64,000 bases of DNA, from assembly GCA_004764695.1 (NCBI GenBank), contig SMSO01000025.1, positions 2,046,001 through 2,110,000 on the forward strand, read 5' to 3'. This stretch comes from Schizochytrium sp. TIO01. Its lineage: Eukaryota; Protista; Bigyra: Labyrinthulomycetes. Numbering within the stretch: position 1 is the first letter of the stretch; each line of letters starts with the position of its first letter. The notes below the pieces were generated by a model. The model was not told the origin of the DNA and did not search any database. It saw nothing but the letters and a program-made list of their open reading frames with translations. Below are positions 12,187 through 22,414 of the stretch, one piece after another. The position numbers and the translations under genes are program-made.

Positions 12187-12929
12187 TTAAATTCAAGCAG
12201 ACCATGCAAAAAGTCCCCCCTATTTATTTCTAATTTATCAGCAATCTTTTAAGTTGGGTTCCTTTATTACATTCTGGGTTAGTAGGAATGCAGCTTTATT
12301 TTATAATAATAGTAACTAGAAACTAGGACACTGCTGTGACCTTAATACCTCAAGTAAGGGTTTAATTGCATATTATCAAGCGACTTTAATAAGAGAAAAA
12401 GGAGAAATCAGTATTCATAACTTCAGTTGACCAAGAAAAAATGCATCAACCCTTCATTTGTGAAGGATTTGCTAAAGCTATTATTGTCTATTCATAAATA
12501 CTTATATATATATATATATATATTTAATTTAAAGTTAATTTATTTAAAAAAAAATTGTATCGTCACTTGGCAGGGAGAAGGAACCTCGAAATAATAATCT
12601 TTGTACTGGGCAGAGGAACAAATAATGCGATTTGCTTGCAAATAACTTTCCCTCTCGTTAATTGGCTCTTTTCTACACAATAAAGCGGCAGAGAAAGATA
12701 CTTAGTACCAAAATATAATTTGAAATTAAATAATTGCGATAGCGTCTGTGGTAGCACTAATGCGCGTGTTTTATATCCGTATTCCAAACACAGCTATGCA
12801 ATTCTCGCGATGCCCTCCCAGCTTCTACTGAAACCAGATATATCATGTCATGCGTGGCATAGTTTTGGACCAAAATGCATAGGATTAATTGTTCATCGGT
12901 GTAGCTGAATAAGATAAATGCCTTGCGTA

Positions 12930-14138
12930 GTATGGAGATCCTTTCTGCAAAGACTTATGATCACATAAGTTCCAGTTCCCTCCATCCATGTAGAGTATGT
13001 ACAATATACACTCTTTCCAAATATGTTTTGGGATGCTTTTAGTTTATGCAGTTAGTGATCTGCGCATCATTCACAATGGGGCAGTGTTTTGTGAGGCAAC
13101 ATTACCACTTTATGCGTATTTTGAAATAAGACCCACGGAAGTTGGCATACACCAAAGAAGCAAAGAGGCAAATAAACAGTGCATGTTGACGATAATGAAT
13201 GGATGGATTAAAATTGTGCTATTATATAACAAGCCAAGCCTTCAGTCCTAAAAAACCGAGTCCCGATTTTGCGGCAGTACGTTGATTACATTTGTGGTGG
13301 TTCACTTGGTATTATTGTCATTACTGTTCCTTGTATCAGTTGAATACAACACTAATTTAATTCCCCAAGACATATCCTCCAAGAAATTGCCCACCAAGCA
13401 AGCATTTAAGCTCATTTCGGAGAATTTTGTCTTTGGGGCTGTGTTCCATCTCATGATGCCTCTAGTGCTTTGCTAAGCAACCTTGCAAGCAGCTCACAAC
13501 ATGAAGTAAGGGCAGATGATATCATGAATTGGGGGCCAAGCATCAGCTCAGCGTACTCACAAACGGGAAAAACCGTGACAACCTTCAGTCCATGTGTTTC
13601 TTTGCTAGATTTTTGCATTGCTCAATCATGCTTCGCGAGTGTAGACTAGCCTACAATCAAGCTTTAGCTAAGCACGTTGGAAGCCTCACCTCAAACAGAA
13701 CACACCTTTAAACAATTGAGACGATGCATGCTTGCTCCATTTGATATGATTTGCAGCTACGGTTTAGTGTTTCAATCCCCAATTTTGTTAAAGCCTCAGA
13801 GCAAAGCGACTTCTCGTCTGCTTATTACTGTAAATTTCGGAGCAGCAGAAACCTTCTAATTCATTCTAGAAGTACATTTTCGATTTTTGGTGGAAAGTAT
13901 AGGTGCTGAAGCTGCTGTATCAATTCTAACCATTTTAGATTTTGTGTTCGACTGTCTTGCTATCAAAGCACATACAAGTATCAATAAAATCCTTATTATT
14001 GGGCCTCTCATTCGCATAAGAGCGCAATCAATTAGGATTGATTTTGGTGTTGTGGGCATATACCATGAGCTTGAGAAGAAACGTTTAGGCCAATCTCGAG
14101 TTCAGAGTTCGAAAGTACAAATAAATTACGAAAAGTAG
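12930..14138 (+). pseudogene. Decayed third copy of the 7TM family (boundaries approximate)
   Basis: Broken + strand ORFs keep collinear matches: TIMNGW (~13190; cf. ISMNW), VVVHLVLLSLLFLVS...SSKKL (13294; TM1), FQSPILLKPQSKATSR (cf. paralog 2 GAKATSR, nt gagcaaagcgac vs gagcaaaggcgac), then after a TAA at 13857-13859 ILEVHFRFLV (cf. RLELHLRLWV). Spacing from TM1 to LExHxR is about 570 nt here vs about 560 nt in paralog 1. Confidence 0.62.
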
Positions 14139-14898
14139 AGTTGCACTTGCGATTCTGAGTTCGTATTTCGGCAGTGAAATGTTGTTTCTCTGCTTATTTT
14201 GGTCGCACCTGGAGCGTTGTATTCTTTCAATATTGGGGAAAATCTAGATTGGCTGAGGCACGACCCAGCTAGCTGTCATACCTTATCGAAGCTGAATGTC
14301 TCATTTAAAAAAGTAAAGTCTAGATTGAAAAGCACATATTCTGTGAAACTTTTCTGCTTCGACAACTTCAATATTTTAGAACCGATAGCATTCTGTTTCT
14401 GCATCCAACAAAATCGACTTCAAATACCAACAGATCTAGTCTTTAAAAAACAATATTTGGAATAGGGTTGACTTCTACAAAGTTGCCTCGCTTTTAAAAG
14501 TTGAGGTGTTAACGAGTGTCGAGCAAAGTCGTCCTAGGTATTATGCGCTTGCACATGTGGAATTTTTTTTACCTACCTAAAATAATAGAGAGGGAGGATA
14601 TAGTTCCAAGTGCATTCATTGAATTTCGCAAAAAGCCCATGCTTGTTCCTAGATTGTTCGTTTTTCTCTACCAAACGGTGCTAGAACCTTGCTTTTGGTG
14701 TTTTTTCGCAAGCCATGTAGAACAGTTACTCCTGCCTAACTGGTATTCCTCTTCCTATCCTCTACAAGGGACACTGCCTATCAAGCACAGACTTTAAAGA
14801 TTTACAAAAACTTTAGATAATCAAAACTATATTCCAGCAAAACCTGTACTTCTTGTGTTCTGCTACGAAGACAAGAAACCCAAGCCAACTTGTAAACG

Positions 14899-16380
14899 AT
14901 GTCGAACATTCTCAAGCTTGTCCGAGTTGACACTCTGTCTCCGGAGGTCTTCCAGACCCTTGTAGACATAGAGCAGTCAAGCTATCCTCAAGATGAGGCC
15001 GCAAGCCCCGAGGCCATGGCCAAGCGCCGAGACCTAGCCCCTGAGCTGTTCCACGTTGCTCTCAACACGCAAGATAACTCCGTTTATAGCTTCGTCAATG
15101 GCACATGCACTGACAAAGACGAACTGTCACACGAAACCATGTCAACTCATGTTGCAGGAGGCCAAACATTGTGCATTCACTCTGTAGTTACTCGCGAAGA
15201 TCTACGCCGACAAGGTCTTGCCAGAGCCACTCTGCGTCATTATCTGGATCGGATCGTTTCTAGCCCTGAGACGGCTCACGTGAAGCAAGCTCTGCTCCTG
15301 GCCAAGGAAAATCTGGTGCCATTTTACGAGTCATGCGGATTCCGCAGCCGTGGCGCATCCAAGGTGGAGCACGGCCAGGACACTTGGTACGAGCTTGGTG
15401 TTTCGTTGCGCGAGATTCCGATCGCGTGTGCAAACGCGTTCAACAACCCTGACAAGGCGTTCAGTGGCAATCCTGCAGCGGTCTGTGTACTTCCGTTCAA
15501 GACTCGTTCGCTTGATGACACTGCACAGAAGTGGACTTTTGATGAAGGCGAGAAAGGTATTGTGACGATGGAGGATGGGTGTGAGACGTTTATGCGCGCT
15601 GTAGCTGCTCAGATGAACCTGAGCGAGACGGCGTTTCTACGCGATCTTGGTGCGGGCAGTGATGACGGTAGTGTGCATCGTTTCGAGTTGCGTTGGAAGA
15701 CTCCTACAGGTGAGGTGGATCTTTGTGGACATGCTACTCAGGCTTCTGCGTTTTCTCTATGGAGTGCAGAGTCGGGTTTGCTTCCTCGTGGTATGTTGGA
15801 CAATGTGACAACTTTGGAGTTTGAGACTCGCAGTGGTATCCTTCGTGCCCAACGAGAGGAGTCGGGAGCTGTTGTCTTGGACTTTCCTTTGGAAACAATC
15901 TCAGAAGATCTTCCCACGACTGACCCAGTTCGTGGTGAACTTATCCAAGCTCTTCGTGTAGACCCTTCGCAAGTTTTATTTGTTGGGAGAAATCGCATGG
16001 ACCTTGTAATTGAGCTCAGGGTCCGTGAGGCAGTACTAGAATGTGCACCAGATATGGTTGCGCTGGCGAAGATTAAGACTCGTGGAGCATGTATCACTGC
16101 AAAAGAACATTCTGGATCTTCCCAAGATTTTGTTTCTCGCTTTTTCGGGCCAGCTGCTGGAATTACAGAAGACCCTTTTACTGGTAGTGCGCACTGCTAT
16201 CTTGGTCCATATTGGGGATCGAAGTTGTCAAGTGACCAACTTACGGGTCTGCAACTATCTAACCGTACTGGAGTGACGCAAGTTAGTGTTAAAAAGAGCG
16301 AATCGCGTGTCTCTCTTCAAGGTATTGCCGAGGTATCTTGGAGCGGTAGAATGCATTCTGGGCCATTTCAGCAATCCTAA
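14899..16380 (+). CDS. GNAT (Paa1/AANAT-like) acetyltransferase - PhzF/DAP-epimerase-family fusion, copy 1 (Cys/Thr)
   Basis: GNAT: IEQSSYPQDEAAS, TLCIHSVV, RRQGLA (acetyl-CoA motif A), LVPFYESCGF, HGQDTWYEL. PhzF: AF..FSGNPAAV, MNLSETAF, EVDLCGHAT, SRFFGPAAGITEDPFTGSAHC. Confidence 0.93.
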   Translation: MSNILKLVRVDTLSPEVFQTLVDIEQSSYPQDEAASPEAMAKRRDLAPELFHVALNTQDNSVYSFVNGTCTDKDELSHETMSTHVAGGQTLCIHSVVTREDLRRQGLARATLRHYLDRIVSSPETAHVKQALLLAKENLVPFYESCGFRSRGASKVEHGQDTWYELGVSLREIPIACANAFNNPDKAFSGNPAAVCVLPFKTRSLDDTAQKWTFDEGEKGIVTMEDGCETFMRAVAAQMNLSETAFLRDLGAGSDDGSVHRFELRWKTPTGEVDLCGHATQASAFSLWSAESGLLPRGMLDNVTTLEFETRSGILRAQREESGAVVLDFPLETISEDLPTTDPVRGELIQALRVDPSQVLFVGRNRMDLVIELRVREAVLECAPDMVALAKIKTRGACITAKEHSGSSQDFVSRFFGPAAGITEDPFTGSAHCYLGPYWGSKLSSDQLTGLQLSNRTGVTQVSVKKSESRVSLQGIAEVSWSGRMHSGPFQQS

Positions 16381-16816
16381 ATATATATATTATAACACAT
16401 TTGCTTATTCTTTCCCATGCATCATCATGTATGAAATGGAACCTTGTCAAAAGATTCCCCTGCACATTCTCATATTCCAAGCTGTTTTCAAATGCAAGTC
16501 ATGGGGTTGTCTTTGCTACTACACACATTTAAAAGGAATCGCAAATATATTCAGAGGCTGTAGTCTTAGTAACCCGTTTGCTTAGGTAGCAACTCAGGTT
16601 AATGCATACTTCACGGTCCTTTAATAGTATGATTATCCTCATATTATTAACGATTATTGTGCCTTGAGTTATTATGAACGTCACATCGTTTAGAGGAGTC
16701 ACTATCGCTTCTTACCAGTGACAGCAAATGAATAATTGTTTTGGCCAGAGTTTTTAACCTTGAAGTAAACAAATTATGTGCTAATTCCTGCTTACTAGTT
16801 TAACTAGATAAGTAGT

Positions 16817-16849
16817 ATTAGGAAACTAATTTTTTTGAAGTTTCCTAAT
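16817..16849. promoter_or_regulatory. 11-bp perfect inverted repeat upstream of GNAT-PhzF copy 2
   Basis: ATTAGGAAACT-N11-AGTTTCCTAAT about 115 bp before the ATG. A regulatory role is not shown. Confidence 0.25.
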
Positions 16850-16962
16850 TTTTTGAACTAATCACAAGGCTTCCTCCGATGAATTCGCAGAAACTACAAG
16901 CAAAGTAAAGCACAAAATGAAACTGCATGTGATCTAGCTCTAAGCTTAATTTTGTATCAACT

Positions 16963-18435
16963 ATGCTCAAGCTTGTTCGAGTTGACACTCTGTCTCCGGA
17001 GGTCTTCCAGACCCTTGTTGACATAGAGCAGTCAAGCTATCCTCAAGATGAGGCCGCTAGCCCCGAGGCCATGGCCAAGCGCCGAGACCTAGCCCCTGAG
17101 CTGTTCCACGTTGCTCTCAGCACGCAAGATAACTCCGTTTATAGCTTCGTCAATGGCACATGCACTGACAAAGACGAACTGTCACACGAAACCATGTCAA
17201 CTCATGTTGCAGGAGGCCAAACATTGTGCATTCACTCTGTAGTTACTCGCGAAGATCTACGCCGACAAGGTCTTGCCAGAGCCACTCTGCGTCATTATCT
17301 GGATCGGATCGTTTCTAGCCCTGAGACGGCTCACGTGAAGCAAGCTCTGCTCTTGGCCAAGGAAAATCTGGTGCCATTTTACGAGTCATGCGGATTCCGC
17401 AGCCGTGGCGCATCCAAGGTGGAGCACGGCCAGGACACTTGGTACGAGCTTGGTGTTTCGTTGCGCGAGATTCCGATCGCGTGTGCAAACGCGTTCAACA
17501 ACCCTGACAAGGCGTTCAGTGGCAATCCTGCAGCGGTCTGTGTACTTCCGTTCAAGACTCGTTCGCTTGATGACACTGCACAGAAGTGGACTTTTGATGA
17601 AGGCGAGAAAGGTATTGTGACGATGGAGGATGGGTGTGAGACGTTTATGCGCGCTGTAGCTGCTCAGATGAACCTGAGCGAGACGGCGTTTCTACGCGAT
17701 CTTGGTGCGGGCAGTGATGACGGTAGTGTGCATCGTTTCGAGCTGCGTTGGAAGACTCCTGCAATTGAAGTGGACCTTTGTGGACATGCTACTCAGGCTT
17801 CTGCGTTTTCTCTATGGAGTGCAGAGTCGGGTTTGCTTCCTCGTGGTATGTTGGACAATGTGACAACTTTGGAGTTTGAGACTCGCAGTGGTATTCTCCG
17901 TGCTTCAAGAGACGAAAAAGGAAATGTGAGTCTGGATTTTCCCCTAGAATCTGTGTCAGAAGACTTGTATAGAACAGATCCAAGCCGCGAACTTCTCATT
18001 AAAGGTCTTAAAGTTGACCCCGAGGATGTCGTTTTTGTTGGAAAAAATCGGTTACACATGCTGATTGAGCTTGCTTCGAGCGACCTAGTGAGAGAGTGCG
18101 ATCCTGACATGTCTATCTTAGCGCAAGCAGAAAGGCTTGGCGTATGCATAACCGCAAAATACACTCACAGTCAGAAATATAACATTGCATCAAGGCTTTT
18201 TGCTCCTGCTAAAGGTATTCTGGAGGATCCTTTCACAGGTAGTGCTCATTGTTATCTAGGCCCTTACTGGATGAAGAAACTAGGTACTGATGAAATAGTT
18301 GCTTTGCAAATGTCCTCTCGCACTGGAGTTGCTAAGGTAAACGTGAAAGTCAAGGAACATCGTGTCTTACTAAAAGGAATGTCTGAGATCTCATGGACTG
18401 GTAGTCTAAAGTCTGCACCTTTTCAGCTCTCTTAG
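16963..18435 (+). CDS. GNAT - PhzF-family fusion, copy 2 (Cys/Thr)
   Basis: Same motifs as copy 1 and near-identical to about 17894, then diverged. Active-site motifs are WKTPAIEVDLCGHAT and EDPFTGSAHC. Confidence 0.93.
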   Translation: MLKLVRVDTLSPEVFQTLVDIEQSSYPQDEAASPEAMAKRRDLAPELFHVALSTQDNSVYSFVNGTCTDKDELSHETMSTHVAGGQTLCIHSVVTREDLRRQGLARATLRHYLDRIVSSPETAHVKQALLLAKENLVPFYESCGFRSRGASKVEHGQDTWYELGVSLREIPIACANAFNNPDKAFSGNPAAVCVLPFKTRSLDDTAQKWTFDEGEKGIVTMEDGCETFMRAVAAQMNLSETAFLRDLGAGSDDGSVHRFELRWKTPAIEVDLCGHATQASAFSLWSAESGLLPRGMLDNVTTLEFETRSGILRASRDEKGNVSLDFPLESVSEDLYRTDPSRELLIKGLKVDPEDVVFVGKNRLHMLIELASSDLVRECDPDMSILAQAERLGVCITAKYTHSQKYNIASRLFAPAKGILEDPFTGSAHCYLGPYWMKKLGTDEIVALQMSSRTGVAKVNVKVKEHRVLLKGMSEISWTGSLKSAPFQLS

Positions 18436-19728
18436 AATTAAAGCCCATCTAAAGGGCTCTTGATGTGGCAGGTTTTTCAGTGGACCAAGGATTGCATAAA
18501 TTTAAGGCTTGTGGCACAAATGTCGTCGTGAAACGTTATGTTTTTGTTATGAATTTCCTCAAGAGGTTAAAAAATTAAACTATTTGAAGATTTTCGTTGT
18601 TGATAATTGCTCCTATCGCGAATGTAGCTAAAACACTAAGCATCTGTTCACTCTCTATTTCTCTTCTTTGTAGATTCTGAGTGACACATTCTCATCATAC
18701 ATAAGTAGACTGCGCGGTGAGCACCGGCTCTTGTTGTCGATTGTTTCTTTAAAGTCTTGTTAGGACATTCTCGTCAAGACAAACTACCCAATCATCCTCG
18801 CAATCCAAGAACTCGATTCTCTGCTCAGCAAGGTCAGAGTGTTCTCCTGCGCCGTCAAACAGATGTAGAGTGACCCTTACCATCATTTTCCAAATTTCTT
18901 ACTAAGTCCACCTCCCTTCTACCAAAATTGCTTATTTCACAGCAACATTTTGAGCATTGTTCCACTCTGAAGCCAACCCATGCAATACCTCATCAGTCCC
19001 ACTGTCACACAGACTCCAATTCTTCAGGTTTGATTTCTTGTAAGTCGAAGCAACTGTTGACTTCAAGCAACTGAATGTTTGCTCGTACAGATAATCGGGC
19101 CCAGAAAAACTATTTTCAATATTGATGGAGAGAAAAGCCAATTTTTGAGGTTTGAAGTATCGCATTAGCAAGCTCCCTCTTGAAGTCGAATACAACGATG
19201 ATGATCTGGAAACGCAACCGCACAGCCGATTCCAGACCCGTTGTCATACCTCAAGCGCAACTGCCTGGAGGTACTCTCCTGATGCAAAGCTGATAAGGCT
19301 GCAGGAAATCGCAGCTGAGCCTACTATACTGCCAGCAATACTATGATCAGCGAATTGCAATGCAATGCAGGGATAGCATCTTCCTAGGAACTAGTAGCTA
19401 GTAGCAGCCTGAGGGAAGATTAAGGGCATTGTTCCTGGAATATGAAATAGGGACACACCGTGTAATTCTTTCTCTTGTACACAACGAAAGATGAACCCAA
19501 GAAAGTTGGATCCCAAATCGTAACTCGTTTAGCGGCGATAGTTCTGGTAGTGCCTAGGTATTACCTACCTACTTACCTAGGTAGGCCGTAGACTCACGGT
19601 AGTACGAGCACAAGTGCTACAAAGAGACTGCGAGCAAGATTGCAACTGCAGCAACAATTTCTTCTAAGATTGCAAGATTGGCCGAGAGCAAACCTGTATT
19701 CCCATTTCAGACGCTGCCAGAAGGAAGC

Positions 19729-21207
19729 ATGGGCGTCATAAAGCTCGTCCGAGTTGATACTCTGTCTCCAGAGGTCTTCCAGACCCTTGTTGACATAGAG
19801 CAGTCAAGCTATCCTCAAGATGAGGCCGCTAGCCCCGAGGCCATGGCCAAGCGCCGAGACCTAGCCCCTGAGCTGTTCCACGTTGCTCTCAGCACGCAAG
19901 ATAACTCCGTTTATAGCTTCGTCAATGGCACATGCACTGACAAAGACGAACTGTCACACGAAACCATGTCAACTCATGTTGCAGGAGGCCAAACATTGTG
20001 CATTCACTCTGTAGTTACTCGCGAAGATCTACGCCGACAAGGTCTTGCCAGAGCCACTCTGCGTCATTATCTGGATCGGATCGTTTCTAGCCCTGAGACG
20101 GCTCACGTGAAGCAAGCTCTGCTCCTGGCCAAGGAAAATCTGGTGCCATTTTACGAGTCATGCGGATTCCGCAGCCGTGGCGCATCCAAGGTGGAGCACG
20201 GCCAGGACACTTGGTACGAGCTTGGTGTTTCGTTGCGCGAGATTCCGATCGCGTGTGCAAACGCGTTCAACAACCCTGACAAGGCGTTCAGTGGCAATCC
20301 TGCAGCGGTCTGTGTACTTCCGTTCAAGACTCGTTCGCTTGATGACACTGCACAGAAGTGGACTTTTGATGAAGGCGAGAAAGGTATTGTGACGATGGAG
20401 GATGGGTGTGAGACGTTTATGCGCGCTGTAGCTGCTCAGATGAACCTGAGCGAGACGGCGTTTCTACGCGATCTTGGTGCGGGCAGTGATGACGGTAGTG
20501 TGCATCGTTTCGAGTTGCGTTGGAAGACTCCTGCAGGTGAAGTGGACCTTTGTGGACATGCTACTCAGGCTTCTGCGTTTTCTCTATGGAGTGCAGAGTC
20601 GGGTTTGCTTCCTCGTGGTATGTTGGACAATGTGACAACTTTGGAATTTGAAACGAAGAGTGGTATCCTTCGTGCCCAACGAGAGGAGTCGGGAGCTGTT
20701 GTCTTGGACTTTCCTTTGGAAACAATCTCAGAAGACCTCCCTGTAACTGATGCCAACCGTGAAATGGTAATCAAGGGCCTTCGCATTGATCCATCACGTG
20801 TTGTGTTCGTAGGCATGAACCGTATGGACATTGTTGTGGAGGTTGACTCACGTGATGTTGTACTCAATGCTGTTCCGGATATGGCACTGTTGGCACAAAT
20901 TAAAGTACGTGCGATTAGTCTTATGTCAAAAGAAGACGATGAGCGTCCACATGACATCACTTCACGTCTCTTTGCTCCTGCGGAGGGCGTCCCTGAAGAT
21001 CCGTTTTGTGGAAGCGCGCATTGCTATCTCGGTCCATACTGGATGGACAAGCTTGGTAAGGCAGAGATGACCGGTCTGATGCTTTCTAATCGTACTGGTG
21101 TAACAAAGCTGACAGTTCAAAGCGAGAAAAAGCGTGTGCTGCTTCAAGGTGTCGCTGAGGTTTCTTGGACCGGAAAGATGCACTCGGGTCCATTTCAACA
21201 GCACTAG
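19729..21207 (+). CDS. GNAT - PhzF-family fusion, copy 3 (Cys/Cys)
   Basis: The ATG at 19729 (MGVIKLVRV) matches the starts of copies 1 and 2; the ORF-track start at 19678 is a TTG. Motifs are WKTPAGEVDLCGHAT and EDPFCGSAHC. Confidence 0.93.
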   Translation: MGVIKLVRVDTLSPEVFQTLVDIEQSSYPQDEAASPEAMAKRRDLAPELFHVALSTQDNSVYSFVNGTCTDKDELSHETMSTHVAGGQTLCIHSVVTREDLRRQGLARATLRHYLDRIVSSPETAHVKQALLLAKENLVPFYESCGFRSRGASKVEHGQDTWYELGVSLREIPIACANAFNNPDKAFSGNPAAVCVLPFKTRSLDDTAQKWTFDEGEKGIVTMEDGCETFMRAVAAQMNLSETAFLRDLGAGSDDGSVHRFELRWKTPAGEVDLCGHATQASAFSLWSAESGLLPRGMLDNVTTLEFETKSGILRAQREESGAVVLDFPLETISEDLPVTDANREMVIKGLRIDPSRVVFVGMNRMDIVVEVDSRDVVLNAVPDMALLAQIKVRAISLMSKEDDERPHDITSRLFAPAEGVPEDPFCGSAHCYLGPYWMDKLGKAEMTGLMLSNRTGVTKLTVQSEKKRVLLQGVAEVSWTGKMHSGPFQQH

Positions 21208-21514
21208 GCGAATAACAAAAACTTAAACAACTCATGTTTATACTGTTTATTCTTGTCCATGTTTGTTCGATATATGCTAGGTCATTATCTTTCCAAAACT
21301 AAACGGGCTAACGGAGGTATACATAATTTGTTTTATCCAAGGGCATTCGAAATGCCAGACCTTGATAATGAAGCAGGATGTACACAAGTCCCAGCTTCCA
21401 AGGCAATGATGTCGAGTTCTACTCTGTGTGATAGAATCGGGTGTGTTTAGTAGTTTTGCATATCCTAATTGAATCATCACGAGCTTAGGTATTGGAAAAT
21501 GAGGTAAAATGGCA

Positions 21515-22414
21515 CTAATAGTATGTATTTGCAGCATTGGTGAAGTTCCTATAACGTATTTTCAGTGCCTGATTTTCTCTACGAAGTTTGGCAGCTTCTT
21601 GATCAGAAAGCTGTCGCAAAGCCTTTTCTTGTGCTAGATCCTCTTTCAATCTATTGGAAGCGCTAAATCTCGCCAGGTTAGTTTTCTCCTCTTTTGTGAG
21701 CTTTGAGACAACACTCGGATTAGGATCTATGTTTTCACCGCGACTCCTCAAAGTTGCTCTGGAAGTTCTTTTGATGCGAGCTTTCGCAAGTTCAGCTTTT
21801 GCAATCTTTAAATCTGCGAGGGCTCGGTCGCGATCCTTGGCAATGGTTTCTATCTGACGCTCCTTTTGACTCTTTGCTTTAGCCATGAGTTCAACATGCC
21901 GTAGGGCCTCCTCAGACTTGCGATCAGCATCTTCTGCCCGGGCCTCTGCAGCATCATATTGGTTCTGTAACTGTTGGACCTCTGCTTCAGCTATGTCCTC
22001 TCTGAGTTTGGCTTCTATGGCGTCTGCCTCGGCTTGTGTAGCTCGTCGTTCTGCTGCGAGCATGTTGTTGCGCAATTCTTCAATTTGTCGCTTGAGTTCA
22101 AGATTGGCAGCTTCCAACACGTCTTTGCGATCTGCATCCGCCTGAGCTATGCCGCGGGTATTTTCAAGCTCTTCGCGCACAATTGCCTCGCTCGTCTCTA
22201 AGAACTTGATTTCATCGTCTCGAGCTGCTAAGGCTTTCCGCAGTGCTGTGGTGACCTCCACCTCTTGCCGTAGTAGGCCTTGAACAGCTGCAAGTTCGCT
22301 TCTTAAAAGAGACACTGCTTCTTCCAGCCCTTGCTCTCTTTCCCGTTGAGCAGACCAGGCCCCACCAAGTCGAACCTCTGCGCCACCACTCGTAGTTCTG
22401 GACGTGTTCATCAT
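21515..22414 (-). CDS. Hypothetical coiled-coil protein (~299 aa)
   Basis: Long E/A/R/K/L-rich heptad-like ORF. First ATG is at 22414 (the track start at 22420 is TTG). Convergent with GNAT-PhzF copy 3. Confidence 0.8.
   Translation of the reverse strand: MMNTSRTTSGGAEVRLGGAWSAQREREQGLEEAVSLLRSELAAVQGLLRQEVEVTTALRKALAARDDEIKFLETSEAIVREELENTRGIAQADADRKDVLEAANLELKRQIEELRNNMLAAERRATQAEADAIEAKLREDIAEAEVQQLQNQYDAAEARAEDADRKSEEALRHVELMAKAKSQKERQIETIAKDRDRALADLKIAKAELAKARIKRTSRATLRSRGENIDPNPSVVSKLTKEEKTNLARFSASNRLKEDLAQEKALRQLSDQEAAKLRRENQALKIRYRNFTNAANTYY

Noticed and set aside
18720-19346. Short ORFs between GNAT-PhzF copies 2 and 3
   Set aside because: Under 90 aa, no similarity to the flanking genes and no known motifs.
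14899-21207. Diversity-generating retroelement, shufflon or cassette-switching system
   Set aside because: No reverse transcriptase, recombinase, adenine-specific mismatches or inverted recombination sites. All three copies are complete genes, so duplication with conversion is sufficient.
14899-21207. Phenazine biosynthesis cluster
   Set aside because: Only the PhzF-like fold is present. No PhzA/B, C, D, E or G homologs are in the window, and the Cys-containing active site is unlike true PhzF.
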